This document shows positions 46,201 to 55,984 of a stretch of 64,000 bases of DNA, one piece after another. The notes under the pieces are model-generated. The model was given only the letters and a program-made list of their open reading frames with translations, had not been told where the DNA came from and did not search any database. The stretch covers positions 11,107 to 75,106 of IMG/VR virus record IMGVR_UViG_3300037781_000006; one strand, given 5' to 3'. Position 1 is the stretch's first letter; each line of letters opens with the position of its first letter. The position numbers and the translations under genes are program-made. The DNA is from a virus (lineage: Duplodnaviria; Caudoviricetes).

Positions 46201-49200
46201 CCGAAGACGGAGTAGACGAGACCGGAGCGCAAGCGACGGACGAGACTACGACGGGTGAGGAAGTGGGAACCGATGAGTTGGCTGATGCCACTCAGGAAGA
46301 CCGTGACCTGTTCAACCTGCTGAGTGATTCCAAGAACTGGGATCCGATTGAACGTGTTCGTGTGAAGGCTATCACGAACCAAGGACGTACTCAGACCCGT
46401 GATCTCATCGAGAAGAACTTCGGACCCAAGCTGCTGAAGCGTGTCCGTCAGGTGACGATCTATCCGAAGTCTGTGGATGATGGATGGGGTTACGCATGGA
46501 CTCCTGAAGGTCAAAGGACAGGTCAGATCTTCCTGTCTGAAGCCATGTTCGATGCTGAAGGCAATCTGACCAAGGAAGGTCGGAATGTGGTGATCCATGA
46601 GATGGGTCACATCGTTGACTTCACCAATCGTTTCTACAGTGACGATCCGGGATCCATCTCGGAACGCAATGCTTTCCAGATCGGTGGAGTCATCGACCAA
46701 GAATGGCAGGCGATGGATCACAACGGGAATGAATTCCGTCAGAAACGGTACGAATACGTGGAGAGTTTTGGTCAGGAAGGTGATACTGATCAACGTGCAG
46801 CGGAACTGTTCGCTGTTCTGGGTGAATACTTCTTCGCCCCGAACTCTCCGATGCTGGATAATGCACCGGAAACCCTTGCTCTGATGGAGGAACTATATGG
46901 CCCGCGCCCCCAAGCAACTCGAACTCCCGCTGAGTCCACCAGTACCGAAGACGCCAGTACCTCCGACGGAGGAGATACCAGCATCGAAGGACAATCCGAC
47001 GAAGTAACGGAAGCTGGTCTGGGTGAGACCACTGGAGCAACTCCGGTGGTTACTCATCCCATGCTGGATGAGCACTTCGAACGTGGACAAGAAGCACCTC
47101 TGGACAGCATTACTGATCTGGAGAATGCTGAATTCAATCAGGAACATGCTTCGATCATTCGTGAACTGCTGCCTGAAGTGGCAGAAACCATGAACCAACG
47201 CCTTCAGAAGAAGGTACGTGATGGTGGAATGGTGAAGAAGATCGTCGATCACATCCGTGATGGACGTGTCATGTTCAAGCGTTTCAAAGCTGGTGTCTTT
47301 GTGAACCCAGAGACTGGCACATACGATGCTCGTGTGCTGGATATGGCTGCCGTCGTACTGACGGATTTCATCGCCACTGCGGCTCCCAAAGATCCCAACA
47401 AGCTGGAAGACACTCTGGAAGCACTGGGGGTTACGATCAACGAGATCTCCGATGGTTCCCTGAATGCTGCTCTGAACGGCATTCCTCCGAGCCAACTGAA
47501 GGATCAACTGGCTTCGGACTTCATGCGTCTCATGAACCTGCGTGAGAAAGAAACCTCTGGTGTGGGTGATCTGGAAGGGATCGCACAAGGTTTCGCTGCT
47601 GAGATGATCACTGTGATGGATCAGATGGGTATCGTGGATGTCACGACTCTGGATCTGAACCGTGATGCTGTGGAATCCGAGGCCACCACTGTTCTGGTGA
47701 ATACGGATCGTCTGAAGACTTTTCAGAAGCGGATCCGGTCTGGAACTCGTCAGGGTGTTCCCAACACTGTCCGGGAAGGGATCTTCCAAGACAAACGTGA
47801 GACCTACTCCATCGGTGAGAAGATCAAGGGTGTCTCCTCTCGTCAGTCTCGTGGCAACGTGGCTCTCTCTGAGCTTGAGCAACGTGCTCTGAAGAAGATG
47901 CAGGATACCCCGCATTACGTGAACGAAGCTCGTCTCCGCCTTCTGGAAGCTCTGGGAGATGGTCCTCTGATGCGGATGCTGGGATGGACTGATGGTGTGG
48001 AAGAGATGGGTCATCCTGTCCTGCGTCGCTCTGCACTGGGCAAGAACGCCTCCATCGACAAGAACATCCGGGAAGTCATCGAGATGATCGGTGCTCTGGC
48101 TGGAGATGTGTCTCAGGCCATCTACTATCCTGTGGGGATCACGAAGGTGGGTCGTCACCAGTATCAGGGACCGAACCCCCAATCGAACAAGCTGCTGCGT
48201 TTCCTCGCCACTCCGACGTGGAGTAACCTGAACATGGAATCCAAGGAAGACATGGATGCCTTCTGGCTCGGTGTTGCTCAGGCTTCTGGTTTGGCGAAGG
48301 TGGAGAAGGTGGATCAGGCTGCACTGCTTGAAACCATCAAGGAAGACTTTGCAGAGGATTTCGGTCCTGCTGTGGTCATGATGAAGGAACTCTTGGAAGG
48401 AGGTGCTTTCGATGCAGATGCTTTCGCAACTGCTGTGGGAACTGTCGGCCCTGAAGTCTTGGGTGCAATCGAGGCTGTTGCCTCTATGGAGATTGCTCAG
48501 GAAAACGGCCAGACGGAATTCAGTACATCTCTCAGCTTTGAACTGGATGGTTTGACCAACGGTGCAGCCAACATGATGGTCAACTTCGGCCATGGTCTGT
48601 TCACTCCTGATGAGTGGCAGAACCTGCGTCGTGTGGGTCTGTACCTTGGTGAGAAGGGGATGACCGTCAACCAGTTCTTCAAGGACAAAACCAACCTCGA
48701 TCTTTACGAAACCGTGGGTAAGGTCGGTGATCGGATGCTGGCTTTGGGTGGTAATCGCCTGAAACCATGGCAGAAAGAACAGCGTGCTGCTGCACAACGT
48801 CTGGCTGCATCCATCGGTAACTTCGAGATGGTGAAGAACTCCGACGGAACCTACGACTACAAGATGACCCGGAACACGGCCAAGAACCCGATGACGAAAG
48901 TCAACTATGGTTCTGGTGTGCTGGGTGTTGCTGTCGGTGTGGCAGATGACATGCTGCTGGCCTTCTATGAGAAGCTCCAGACTCTGGGTGAAGAGACCAC
49001 CATGGACGATGTGTTCTATGCTGGTTTCGAGGCAGACATGAAAACCATGGGTCTGGAACTGCCTGCCAATTTCGATCAGAACTTCGTCTTCCCGAACGAT
49101 CAGGTGGAGGCTTTCCGGAAGTCCATCATGTTCACGATTGGTCGTGTACTGACTGACTCGACTCGTGAAGTGCTGGGGAACCGGATCCAAGAACTGAATG

Positions 49201-52200
49201 ACATGCTGGTTCTCTCGACCAACATCCAGAACAACTACCTTCAGAAACTCTTCGACAAGAAAGTCGATGAGATGGCAGAACGTCTGGCTCGTGAAGGTGT
49301 CATCAAGCGGAACAAGAAAGGTGTCCCGAACAAGGGTGAGATCCCTCGTGCAGAGTGGAAGAAGCTGGAAGATGAACTGGGTCAACTGGGACCGATCTTC
49401 CGGTCAGATGACCAGACTCTGGCAATCGGTGGCTTCGAGAAGAAGCTGACTGATTTGTTCCTGTCGTCGAACTATGACGAAGAACTCCGCCAGCCTGCAA
49501 GGATGCGTCGTCCTGATGAGGTGGGTGTGAAAGCCATTCCGTTCTCTGTGATCGGTACTGGCGACGCCATGATGATGAACCTCATCTTCGGTTCTGAAGG
49601 AGCACCCAACGATGTGCTGGGTATTTTCGATGGTTTGGATGTCCCAGTCGGGAAGGTGAAGGAATACGCTCCCTTCGTGAACCAGCAGGTTCTGAAGTCG
49701 TGGGATCGTGATGTCCTCTCGATGCCGATTGCGAACTTCCAAGGTTTCCTGAATTCTGTGGAAGATCAGGCACTTCTGAAAGAAGCTGAAGCTGAAGTGA
49801 TCGGGAACTTCAAGAAAGAGACCGTTCAGACTTCCAGTGCAGCAGATCTCCTGAGCCAGATGGAACGTCGTCTGCGTGAGAACCGTGCTCGGAAGAAAGT
49901 CATGAAGCAGATGGCTGTGTCTGTCGATCAGATGGGTGGTTCTGACGTTGGTTTCACTCGTGATGGTGAGACTTGGGACTTCCATACTGTGAACCAGCGG
50001 ATCGACCGTGAGATGGAAGGCCGGGATCCTGATGCCCAAGAGCAAGTGACTGCTCCTGTCCGTGTTCTGTCTGGTAAAGCTGTGTTGGAAAACACTCGTT
50101 GGACTCAGGCTCAGAAGAAGGTGGTGGAGATCCTGAAGCCTCTCATGGGTGATACCCGTGTGGTCTTCGGTACTCTGGACCAACTGAACCAGTGGCGTGC
50201 AGATCATGTCGCTCAGGATGGTGTCGTCCTGAAAGCCAAGGGTCAGTACGATGCAGCGAACGATATCGTCTTCATGACGAAATCCTCTGGTGAAACCCTG
50301 CTTCACGAGATGGTTCACGCTGCCACGTACAACAAGGTTCTGGCTCACTACCAAGGTCAGCCCAACGATGCTGTGGCACGTCTGGAAGATCTTATGGCTC
50401 AGTTCTTGGAACTGGATGGTGGTCAGAAGATCCGGGAAGCACAAGCTGCCATCAACCGTCGTCTGGTGAAGAATACTCCTGTGGCAAATGCCAATGCTCT
50501 CAATGAGTTCATGGCCTATGCTCTGTCGTCTTCTCAGGTCCGTCAGAAGCTGGAAGGGACGCAAGCGAATATGCTTGCAAACCTGAAAAGCAAGGTAATT
50601 CGCTTGCTGCGTCGGATGATGGGTGGCGTTCCGGAGGATATGTTCTCTCATGTGGTCTTCAACACTCGGGTTCTTGGTGGACCTCCGAGTGATGGTGGAG
50701 GCAATGGTTCTGGTGGAGATGATGGAGGGGACGGTGGTCCGTCTGAGTCTTCGGATCCGTTCGGTGAATTCACCAACTACTGGATCCAGAACATCCGGGA
50801 GTACATGGAGGGTCTTGGTCAGACTGGTGATCCGAAACTGATGAAAACCTCGCTCGATCTGTCTCGTGCGAAGAAGGTTATGGAAAACCTCCGTCAAGCT
50901 GGGATGCTTCGGAACAACAAGGACAAGGCCACGTTCAAGGCGATCTACGGTATCGTGCTGTCTGACATGAAGCTGGACAGCAATGCTCTGATCGGTCTGA
51001 CGAAGGTCTTTGGTCATGTGGAAGAGAATCTGACTGCTGAGATGTTCGGTGACGGCTCTGAAGCTGGTAACACCTACTCTGCTGTGCTGAATGCTCTGCG
51101 TGAGTCCAAGGAACCGAGCCATGCTGTGGCTGTCCTGTTTGCTCTGAGCCAGACCTCTCAGAAATTCCGGGATGCTCTGGAGCAGATCCCTGCACCGGAA
51201 GGTGGTCCTGTTGGTGATGGTTCCATCAATGACTTCCTGACCAAAGCTGCTGCATTCTCGATGCAGAAGCTCACTGGTTCGATGGACACGAACAAGGTTC
51301 CGGCAGATGTTTTGGCCACGGTTGCTGGTACGATCATCGACCATGATGTCGAGCGTGAATTCCGAGTGCTGAAAGGTGCTACGGAAACTCTCACTGCCAT
51401 GGATGATTACGTCTCTGGGAAGTTCACCCAGACGGCAGAGATGATGCGTGCAAAGAACCGTGAGGTTCAGGCTTCGACCCGTTCGGATACTCGGAAATAC
51501 CTCGTGGCTGCTGCTACGTTTGCCACGAACTATCTGGACAAGCCGGGTACGGATCTGACGAACCAAGCCATCAAGAAGGTCACTCACATGGGGATTCCGT
51601 TCCTCTCCATGGTTCCTGTCCGGGAATTGGTGGCTGAGATGATCGGTACGGATGCTCAGAACAAGAATGTGGTGGCTCTGCTGGACCGTGTGAACGCCTC
51701 TGTGTCTGGTATGCGTCAGGCTTTCCGGGAAGATCTTCCGGGAATCTTGGATCGTTCGTTCAAGGAGTCTCCGACCAAGGAACAGTGGACTTCCATGTTC
51801 AGGACTCTGGCGAAGACTGATTTCACCAGCATCGTGGATCTGGAGAACATGCAGGGTTCCATGAAGTATCTGGAAGAGTCGGGTACTCGTCAGGCTGAGA
51901 TGCAGCGGATCGAGACCCAGCTTCAACAGTCTCTCACTGGTTCGAACTTCCAAGATGCCATCGAGAAAGGTCGTCAACTGGCTGCCTTCATGAACGGAAA
52001 GTCTGTCGGTAAGCTCTTGGTTCGGAACGCATATGCGATTGGGAAGAACCTCGAAGGTGATGTCGATCAGGCAACGATTGATCTGCTGGATCGGTGGATC
52101 ACTCTGGAAGCTGTGAATCAGATGGATCCTCAGACTCGGGAAGAGACTGTCCGTCTGTGGCAGGAAGATCCTGTGGGCATCCTCGGTATTGTGGCATATC

Positions 52201-54002
52201 TGCAACAGTTGAACGAGGCTGAAGAGGCCAAGACCATCTCGGAGCAAGCCCGACTGAACGGCTACAAGGGGTATATCCCCAACGAAGGAGCCAAGAACGT
52301 CCACATCACTGTGGCGATGGATGAAGCTGAAGGTGACATGGAGCGGAAGGGCTACAAGAAGCTCAACGTGCCGTACACTGGGGAGACTGACTCGATCTTC
52401 CCCCGGTCCTACTACGTGTCCACTGTACGTCGTCAGGGGATCTATTCTCAGGGTGTGGTGCAGAACGTGGCCATGACCTATCGCGGTGTGGACATGAACA
52501 CGGGTCTGACCGTGAAGAATGACACTGCTGGTTTCATCTCTGGTGAAGATGGTTCGGTTCAGCGGATCATGGAGAACCAACTGGATGACTCTGTGGAACT
52601 GGAGAACGATCAGGAAGCCCTGATGCCTGTCTTTGGTCCTGATGGTGACATCATTGGTTTCGAGCGGTCCATCTCTCAGGAGATGATCGACACTCATCTG
52701 GGTCGTGAAGAGAACCTTGCTGTGATGCTGGGTGCTTGGCAGGGTCGTCAGATCGAAGAAGGTCTGGCTGACCAGTACAACAAGCAGTTGTCTGATGAAC
52801 TGAAGCGGATCTGGGACAACCGGGAAGCTGGTGATGAGGCAACCTTCATCGACCTGAGCAAGTCGGATGATCCGATCTACAAGGACTCGTGGAACATCAT
52901 CCCTCAGTCCACCAAGATGTACATGGAAAGCATCTTCGGTGAAGATGGAGTGATGGTGCCCAAGTCGATGGTGAACCTCTCCGTGGGCTACAGGGAGTTC
53001 TCCATGGCTGATATGTGGTCTGGGAAGACTCGCCTACCCAAGCCTGTACAGGCTGCTGTGAAGGGCACCACAGAGCGTCTGCTGGGGACCAAGGCTATGC
53101 GTGTGCTGACTGGTGGTGAAGAGATCCTTCAGGGTGTCGTATCGACGGCCAAGGATATCATCGTCATTCGGTCTCTCGTGGTTCCTGCTGCAAACCTCCA
53201 TGCCAACGTCATTCAGTTGGCTACTCGGGGTGTGCCTACGAAAACCATCCTGAAGAGTTTCCGGAACAAGCTCTCGGAAGTGGAGGAGTACAACAAGAAC
53301 CGGACGAAAGTCATTGAACTGGAAGCGAAAAAGATGCTTCTGGCGAAGAATGATCGTCAGCGTCAGATCATTGATGACAAGATCCGAGTGATCGAAGACC
53401 TGAACCAGAAGATGAGCATTGCTCCTATGCTGGAAGCTGGTGCCTACAAGCAGTTGTCTGAGGGTATCACTGACATGGACGTGGATATCTCGTCTGGTCG
53501 TCTGGGTGACTACATGGAAGCTCTGGCGAACCGAGTTCATCCGAAGCTGGGTGGTCTGGCTGAAGTGGGATTGGTGTCGAAGTCCACGAAGATGTATCAG
53601 GTGGCGAACCGTGCCACTCAGTATGGGGACTTCTTGGCTAAGTCGATCTACTACGACCACCTGATTTCTCAGGGACTTAGCGAGGATCAAGCTCTGGCTC
53701 AGATGAACGAGGAATTCGTCAACTTCAGTGCTCTTCCGGGTCGTACTCGCTCCGCTTTGGAGGGATATGGTCTGATGTGGTTCATGGCCTTCAAGCTCCG
53801 GATCACGAAGATTGCTTTGCAGCAACTTCGTGATAACCCGGTTCGTGCTCTGGCAGTGAATACGTTCACCGACGTTGGATCTCCGGTTGGAGACAACATT
53901 CTGTCGGTGATCGCTGGAGGTCGTTTGGATTACGCCACGGGCTTCGAGATGCTGTTCGATGCTCCCGAACTGAACCCGTGGGTAAACCTGATGAGCGACT
54001 AA
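43245..54002 (+). CDS. Virion-encapsidated RNA polymerase (N4 gp50-like, 3585 aa)
   Basis: No Cys seen; TKVGR, motif A FELDGLTNG (D1768), motif B RNTAKNPMTKVNYGSG, motif C IFDG (D2129). Confidence 0.97.
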   Translation: MTDSLKKVLASVPENALNPNATPAAPSVEEVLTYQQNAPTPVEMELQGIRDRYRSEVDDTVVNPELVERLRDPDFVEALAVSRREGNDLTNEGFGRDLFEMDYAGLYDRYGRDVANEAWRVQQGRASDYDARTGERTTGQKIGDTALDFISGFTSMSGNTFGQAFSAGISALDPNRTVREGAVATAQTTQDLSDWITSFQSDERQAFDRIMNIESGLDSNDNDDRFQQDIENGDSVFAASLKNIGRDILSTTERLIDNPSTIAPLVAESLGSLGPSAKIASGGSRLLSGATARAGGSQTAQRTAGTLGAVSGIGLSEASGAYSQTVNEVMAMPFDSLAENSDTYRQLVADGMSPEDARTQVAGMAGERTFVRQLPTAALIGLVSSKFETGPMRSFQGVPVTQNLRTMASQALEESLQGGTGTFNTNVGVRDFADENRNLSQGVGSDMVTGAIAGAGMAGVTGAPSTTVNALRGLLGETQYNDPLRQDIVGASPARRAVQTAGEALSPIVDAAAPVVNAARERTSALAGRVSEGVQEYAARPSSKEVTQSVEAAVNITEGLREAVATGQLEDTVAQIVSQPDTDVPSASFTDVAGGNRSLMDNITGITAKLGSKKFRPSTADTAYAAAQYQKLRSVVGALPKDLQTEAGRILSSKLVQELSAKAEKLDLNRNPEDADPITTLNVAKTNPANVNPDVADKILEESGENLTPEEARYVRVASKIGRIVNRNVEKQVEIRTNENINLTQASRPKKQDLTVEGVSRQIHAEGKTDANLRAKYRSINDFARDILSAVQSGEQTGAYPPDATVINQKGQVVPVRQVIQEMANFAQHMKNKVQALNESIADGYTTQGGLRGGKLKDFDGLVNGKFQNSSLSSNGLRGVRYSPDNANSVAFAQQVAQDQNDLIEVYNTLLQEFPETFEGFEAIEPVVLTPATVSGETTQNDTDSSVETDEQPTGVEESSDAPAEEATSTSEDLQNPTADEEVSSSEDGVDETGAQATDETTTGEEVGTDELADATQEDRDLFNLLSDSKNWDPIERVRVKAITNQGRTQTRDLIEKNFGPKLLKRVRQVTIYPKSVDDGWGYAWTPEGQRTGQIFLSEAMFDAEGNLTKEGRNVVIHEMGHIVDFTNRFYSDDPGSISERNAFQIGGVIDQEWQAMDHNGNEFRQKRYEYVESFGQEGDTDQRAAELFAVLGEYFFAPNSPMLDNAPETLALMEELYGPRPQATRTPAESTSTEDASTSDGGDTSIEGQSDEVTEAGLGETTGATPVVTHPMLDEHFERGQEAPLDSITDLENAEFNQEHASIIRELLPEVAETMNQRLQKKVRDGGMVKKIVDHIRDGRVMFKRFKAGVFVNPETGTYDARVLDMAAVVLTDFIATAAPKDPNKLEDTLEALGVTINEISDGSLNAALNGIPPSQLKDQLASDFMRLMNLREKETSGVGDLEGIAQGFAAEMITVMDQMGIVDVTTLDLNRDAVESEATTVLVNTDRLKTFQKRIRSGTRQGVPNTVREGIFQDKRETYSIGEKIKGVSSRQSRGNVALSELEQRALKKMQDTPHYVNEARLRLLEALGDGPLMRMLGWTDGVEEMGHPVLRRSALGKNASIDKNIREVIEMIGALAGDVSQAIYYPVGITKVGRHQYQGPNPQSNKLLRFLATPTWSNLNMESKEDMDAFWLGVAQASGLAKVEKVDQAALLETIKEDFAEDFGPAVVMMKELLEGGAFDADAFATAVGTVGPEVLGAIEAVASMEIAQENGQTEFSTSLSFELDGLTNGAANMMVNFGHGLFTPDEWQNLRRVGLYLGEKGMTVNQFFKDKTNLDLYETVGKVGDRMLALGGNRLKPWQKEQRAAAQRLAASIGNFEMVKNSDGTYDYKMTRNTAKNPMTKVNYGSGVLGVAVGVADDMLLAFYEKLQTLGEETTMDDVFYAGFEADMKTMGLELPANFDQNFVFPNDQVEAFRKSIMFTIGRVLTDSTREVLGNRIQELNDMLVLSTNIQNNYLQKLFDKKVDEMAERLAREGVIKRNKKGVPNKGEIPRAEWKKLEDELGQLGPIFRSDDQTLAIGGFEKKLTDLFLSSNYDEELRQPARMRRPDEVGVKAIPFSVIGTGDAMMMNLIFGSEGAPNDVLGIFDGLDVPVGKVKEYAPFVNQQVLKSWDRDVLSMPIANFQGFLNSVEDQALLKEAEAEVIGNFKKETVQTSSAADLLSQMERRLRENRARKKVMKQMAVSVDQMGGSDVGFTRDGETWDFHTVNQRIDREMEGRDPDAQEQVTAPVRVLSGKAVLENTRWTQAQKKVVEILKPLMGDTRVVFGTLDQLNQWRADHVAQDGVVLKAKGQYDAANDIVFMTKSSGETLLHEMVHAATYNKVLAHYQGQPNDAVARLEDLMAQFLELDGGQKIREAQAAINRRLVKNTPVANANALNEFMAYALSSSQVRQKLEGTQANMLANLKSKVIRLLRRMMGGVPEDMFSHVVFNTRVLGGPPSDGGGNGSGGDDGGDGGPSESSDPFGEFTNYWIQNIREYMEGLGQTGDPKLMKTSLDLSRAKKVMENLRQAGMLRNNKDKATFKAIYGIVLSDMKLDSNALIGLTKVFGHVEENLTAEMFGDGSEAGNTYSAVLNALRESKEPSHAVAVLFALSQTSQKFRDALEQIPAPEGGPVGDGSINDFLTKAAAFSMQKLTGSMDTNKVPADVLATVAGTIIDHDVEREFRVLKGATETLTAMDDYVSGKFTQTAEMMRAKNREVQASTRSDTRKYLVAAATFATNYLDKPGTDLTNQAIKKVTHMGIPFLSMVPVRELVAEMIGTDAQNKNVVALLDRVNASVSGMRQAFREDLPGILDRSFKESPTKEQWTSMFRTLAKTDFTSIVDLENMQGSMKYLEESGTRQAEMQRIETQLQQSLTGSNFQDAIEKGRQLAAFMNGKSVGKLLVRNAYAIGKNLEGDVDQATIDLLDRWITLEAVNQMDPQTREETVRLWQEDPVGILGIVAYLQQLNEAEEAKTISEQARLNGYKGYIPNEGAKNVHITVAMDEAEGDMERKGYKKLNVPYTGETDSIFPRSYYVSTVRRQGIYSQGVVQNVAMTYRGVDMNTGLTVKNDTAGFISGEDGSVQRIMENQLDDSVELENDQEALMPVFGPDGDIIGFERSISQEMIDTHLGREENLAVMLGAWQGRQIEEGLADQYNKQLSDELKRIWDNREAGDEATFIDLSKSDDPIYKDSWNIIPQSTKMYMESIFGEDGVMVPKSMVNLSVGYREFSMADMWSGKTRLPKPVQAAVKGTTERLLGTKAMRVLTGGEEILQGVVSTAKDIIVIRSLVVPAANLHANVIQLATRGVPTKTILKSFRNKLSEVEEYNKNRTKVIELEAKKMLLAKNDRQRQIIDDKIRVIEDLNQKMSIAPMLEAGAYKQLSEGITDMDVDISSGRLGDYMEALANRVHPKLGGLAEVGLVSKSTKMYQVANRATQYGDFLAKSIYYDHLISQGLSEDQALAQMNEEFVNFSALPGRTRSALEGYGLMWFMAFKLRITKIALQQLRDNPVRALAVNTFTDVGSPVGDNILSVIAGGRLDYATGFEMLFDAPELNPWVNLMSD

Positions 54003-54190
54003 CTCTCAGTCACTGCGGCATAGATCAGGAATGCAATCCCGAACATGATGCAGATTCCGAGGATTCCCCAGAAGAGGAAATAGCCGACGAACATCATGAG
54101 GACGCCGAAAGCGGCGAGGATGAGCAGGACAGCAAGGACCAAGATGGTCCCTGCTGCTGCTTGGATGAAGCCTTTGATCTTAGTCCACAT
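53999..54190 (-). CDS. Two-TM membrane protein (63 aa)
   Basis: Very hydrophobic; its stop overlaps the vRNAP stop (CTAA). Confidence 0.7.
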   Translation of the reverse strand: MWTKIKGFIQAAAGTILVLAVLLILAAFGVLMMFVGYFLFWGILGICIMFGIAFLIYAAVTES

Positions 54191-55118
54191 CGAAGATGCT
54201 CGACTTCTTGGTTGGCTTCACAACCGTTTTGGGCTTGGGGGAATCACCTTCAGCTTTCGCTGAGTCCGAGGATTGCTCGTCCTCGTCCCCGAAAAGGTTT
54301 CCCTTCGAGGTTTTCCCTTTGGCTTCGGTGTCGGGTTTCGCTTCGTCAGCAGTGTCTTTCGTTCCTGCTTCAGATTCGCCCTCCGTCTCTGCACTTCCTC
54401 CGCTATCAGCGTCAGAGCCGCTTCCTTCGTCGCTGCCAGAATCAGTGCTTTCCACATCGGTGTCCTCCTTCTTGGTCGGAGTTTTCCGAGTGGTTGTGGT
54501 CTTGCGAGGACGCCCGCCTTTGTTCTTCGGCTTGGCTTCACCCATGATCACCTCTGCGACGATCTCATCGTCTTCGACGCTCAGATCCACCTCTGCCTGT
54601 TCGGCATTGGGGAAGTTCAGCGTCTTGACGTAGGCGTTCAGAGCGTTCTGGATGTCCTCTTGGTCGAGAATGATCCGCATATCTTCGGACTCCTTCAGAA
54701 TGTTGACTGTTGCGATGGCATGGCCGTCCATTGGAACGACACCACCAAAGGAAAAAGTAGACAGGACAATATGATCCATGTTGTCATCAGGGATCTTTCC
54801 TGCTTCCACCATCGTGTCACTGAAATACTTGTCAGTGATGGACCCGACGTTCATGGTGTCGAGTCTGCCATTCCGAGGGGCGAAGATTGTGTAGTGGATC
54901 CACACTCTTTCTGCTCGTGGCTTATCCCTCAGAAGTGGTTTCACCTCATCTGCGAAGTTTTTCTTTTGTGTGTTGAGATGATGGTGATGGAGATTTCGAT
55001 AGACGTTCAGGTTGACTGCTTTTTGGTTCTTCTTGCTGACATGAACGTAGGTAGGGACTCGCACGCTGTACGAGTCCACCACCTGATCGAAAAGCTCCTC
55101 GAAGTCAGTCCGAATCAA
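54180..55118 (-). CDS. RusA-like Holliday junction resolvase fused in frame to a gp46-like acidic protein
   Basis: LNVYRN, D.MN, KYFSD...G.IPDDN RusA-type residues; internal AAGGAG RBS and ATG at 54680. Confidence 0.6.
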   Translation of the reverse strand: MIRTDFEELFDQVVDSYSVRVPTYVHVSKKNQKAVNLNVYRNLHHHHLNTQKKNFADEVKPLLRDKPRAERVWIHYTIFAPRNGRLDTMNVGSITDKYFSDTMVEAGKIPDDNMDHIVLSTFSFGGVVPMDGHAIATVNILKESEDMRIILDQEDIQNALNAYVKTLNFPNAEQAEVDLSVEDDEIVAEVIMGEAKPKNKGGRPRKTTTTRKTPTKKEDTDVESTDSGSDEGSGSDADSGGSAETEGESEAGTKDTADEAKPDTEAKGKTSKGNLFGDEDEQSSDSAKAEGDSPKPKTVVKPTKKSSIFDVD

Positions 55119-55930
55119 TCGTCAAACAGACTGGACTTCTGCTTCTTCTCGCCTCCACCTGACGAGCCGGAACCACCCTTGAAGGCTTTGCCTTCCTTCT
55201 TGCCGGTGGACTTGTCGTAGGTCTCGCCACGGTTCTTCTCCAGCCACTTGGCTGCATAGTCACCGTCTTCTTCCATCTTGGCGATGGCTTTGCCGAGATC
55301 CCCATCGGACAGGACTTCTTCGAAGTCACCGCCGAGGCTCTTGACGAAGTGAGCGACCTCGCTGATGGTCACGAGACGATCTTCCGGGAAGAACTTGATG
55401 AACTCGTTCTGGTCGCGGGTCTCACCCGTGGGTTCGTACTCGCCAGTCGATTCGTTCTTCTCGGTCTTGTCCACGGTCTGCCGTTGGATGGCGACTTGGA
55501 TCTTCTCACCATGCAGTTCGGTGAAGCAGTCCACAGCTTGGGGGACTTCCTTCTGTGCGTCGAAGTCGTAGAGGTTCAGGGTCTTCTCCTCCACGTCCAT
55601 GTCACCCACCTCTTTCGAGCAGATGAGCATACACAGGCCGTTGACCTGATTGAAGCCGGGAAGGTTCTTCTCTTCACCAGTCCGTTTGTCCTTGTAGGTC
55701 ACGTCACCGTTCCGGTTGGTCATCCAGATTTGACGGGTGATTTCCGTCTTGCCGTTGACCTTCAGGCAGAGAGTCAGGTTGCGAGCATCGCTGCTGGCAG
55801 CCTTTCCGATGTAGGCGTACTTGATTTCCGCCGGGTAGATATCCGTATCGAGGATACCACCGCCACCGAGGAAGTCGTCTTCGACTTCAGCCTTGGCAGC
55901 GGGTTTCGCTTTCGAGAAAATGTTGCTCAT
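55115..55930 (-). CDS. Single-stranded DNA-binding protein (N4 gp45-like)
   Basis: D.LGGGG.LDTDIY, K.LPGF, C-terminal KSSLFDD. Confidence 0.85.
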   Translation of the reverse strand: MSNIFSKAKPAAKAEVEDDFLGGGGILDTDIYPAEIKYAYIGKAASSDARNLTLCLKVNGKTEITRQIWMTNRNGDVTYKDKRTGEEKNLPGFNQVNGLCMLICSKEVGDMDVEEKTLNLYDFDAQKEVPQAVDCFTELHGEKIQVAIQRQTVDKTEKNESTGEYEPTGETRDQNEFIKFFPEDRLVTISEVAHFVKSLGGDFEEVLSDGDLGKAIAKMEEDGDYAAKWLEKNRGETYDKSTGKKEGKAFKGGSGSSGGGEKKQKSSLFDD

Positions 55931-55984
55931 GGTTTGTCCTTCTTCAGTTCATGAGTTGGCTTGGTCGAAACCAAGAAGAGAAAG

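Noticed and set aside
46893-52697. Very long minus-strand ORFs (830 and 1097 aa) and similar antisense ORFs over portal, gp57, MCP and gp54
   Set aside because: Shadows of strongly codon-biased genes; no RBS or motifs, and the translations look non-biological
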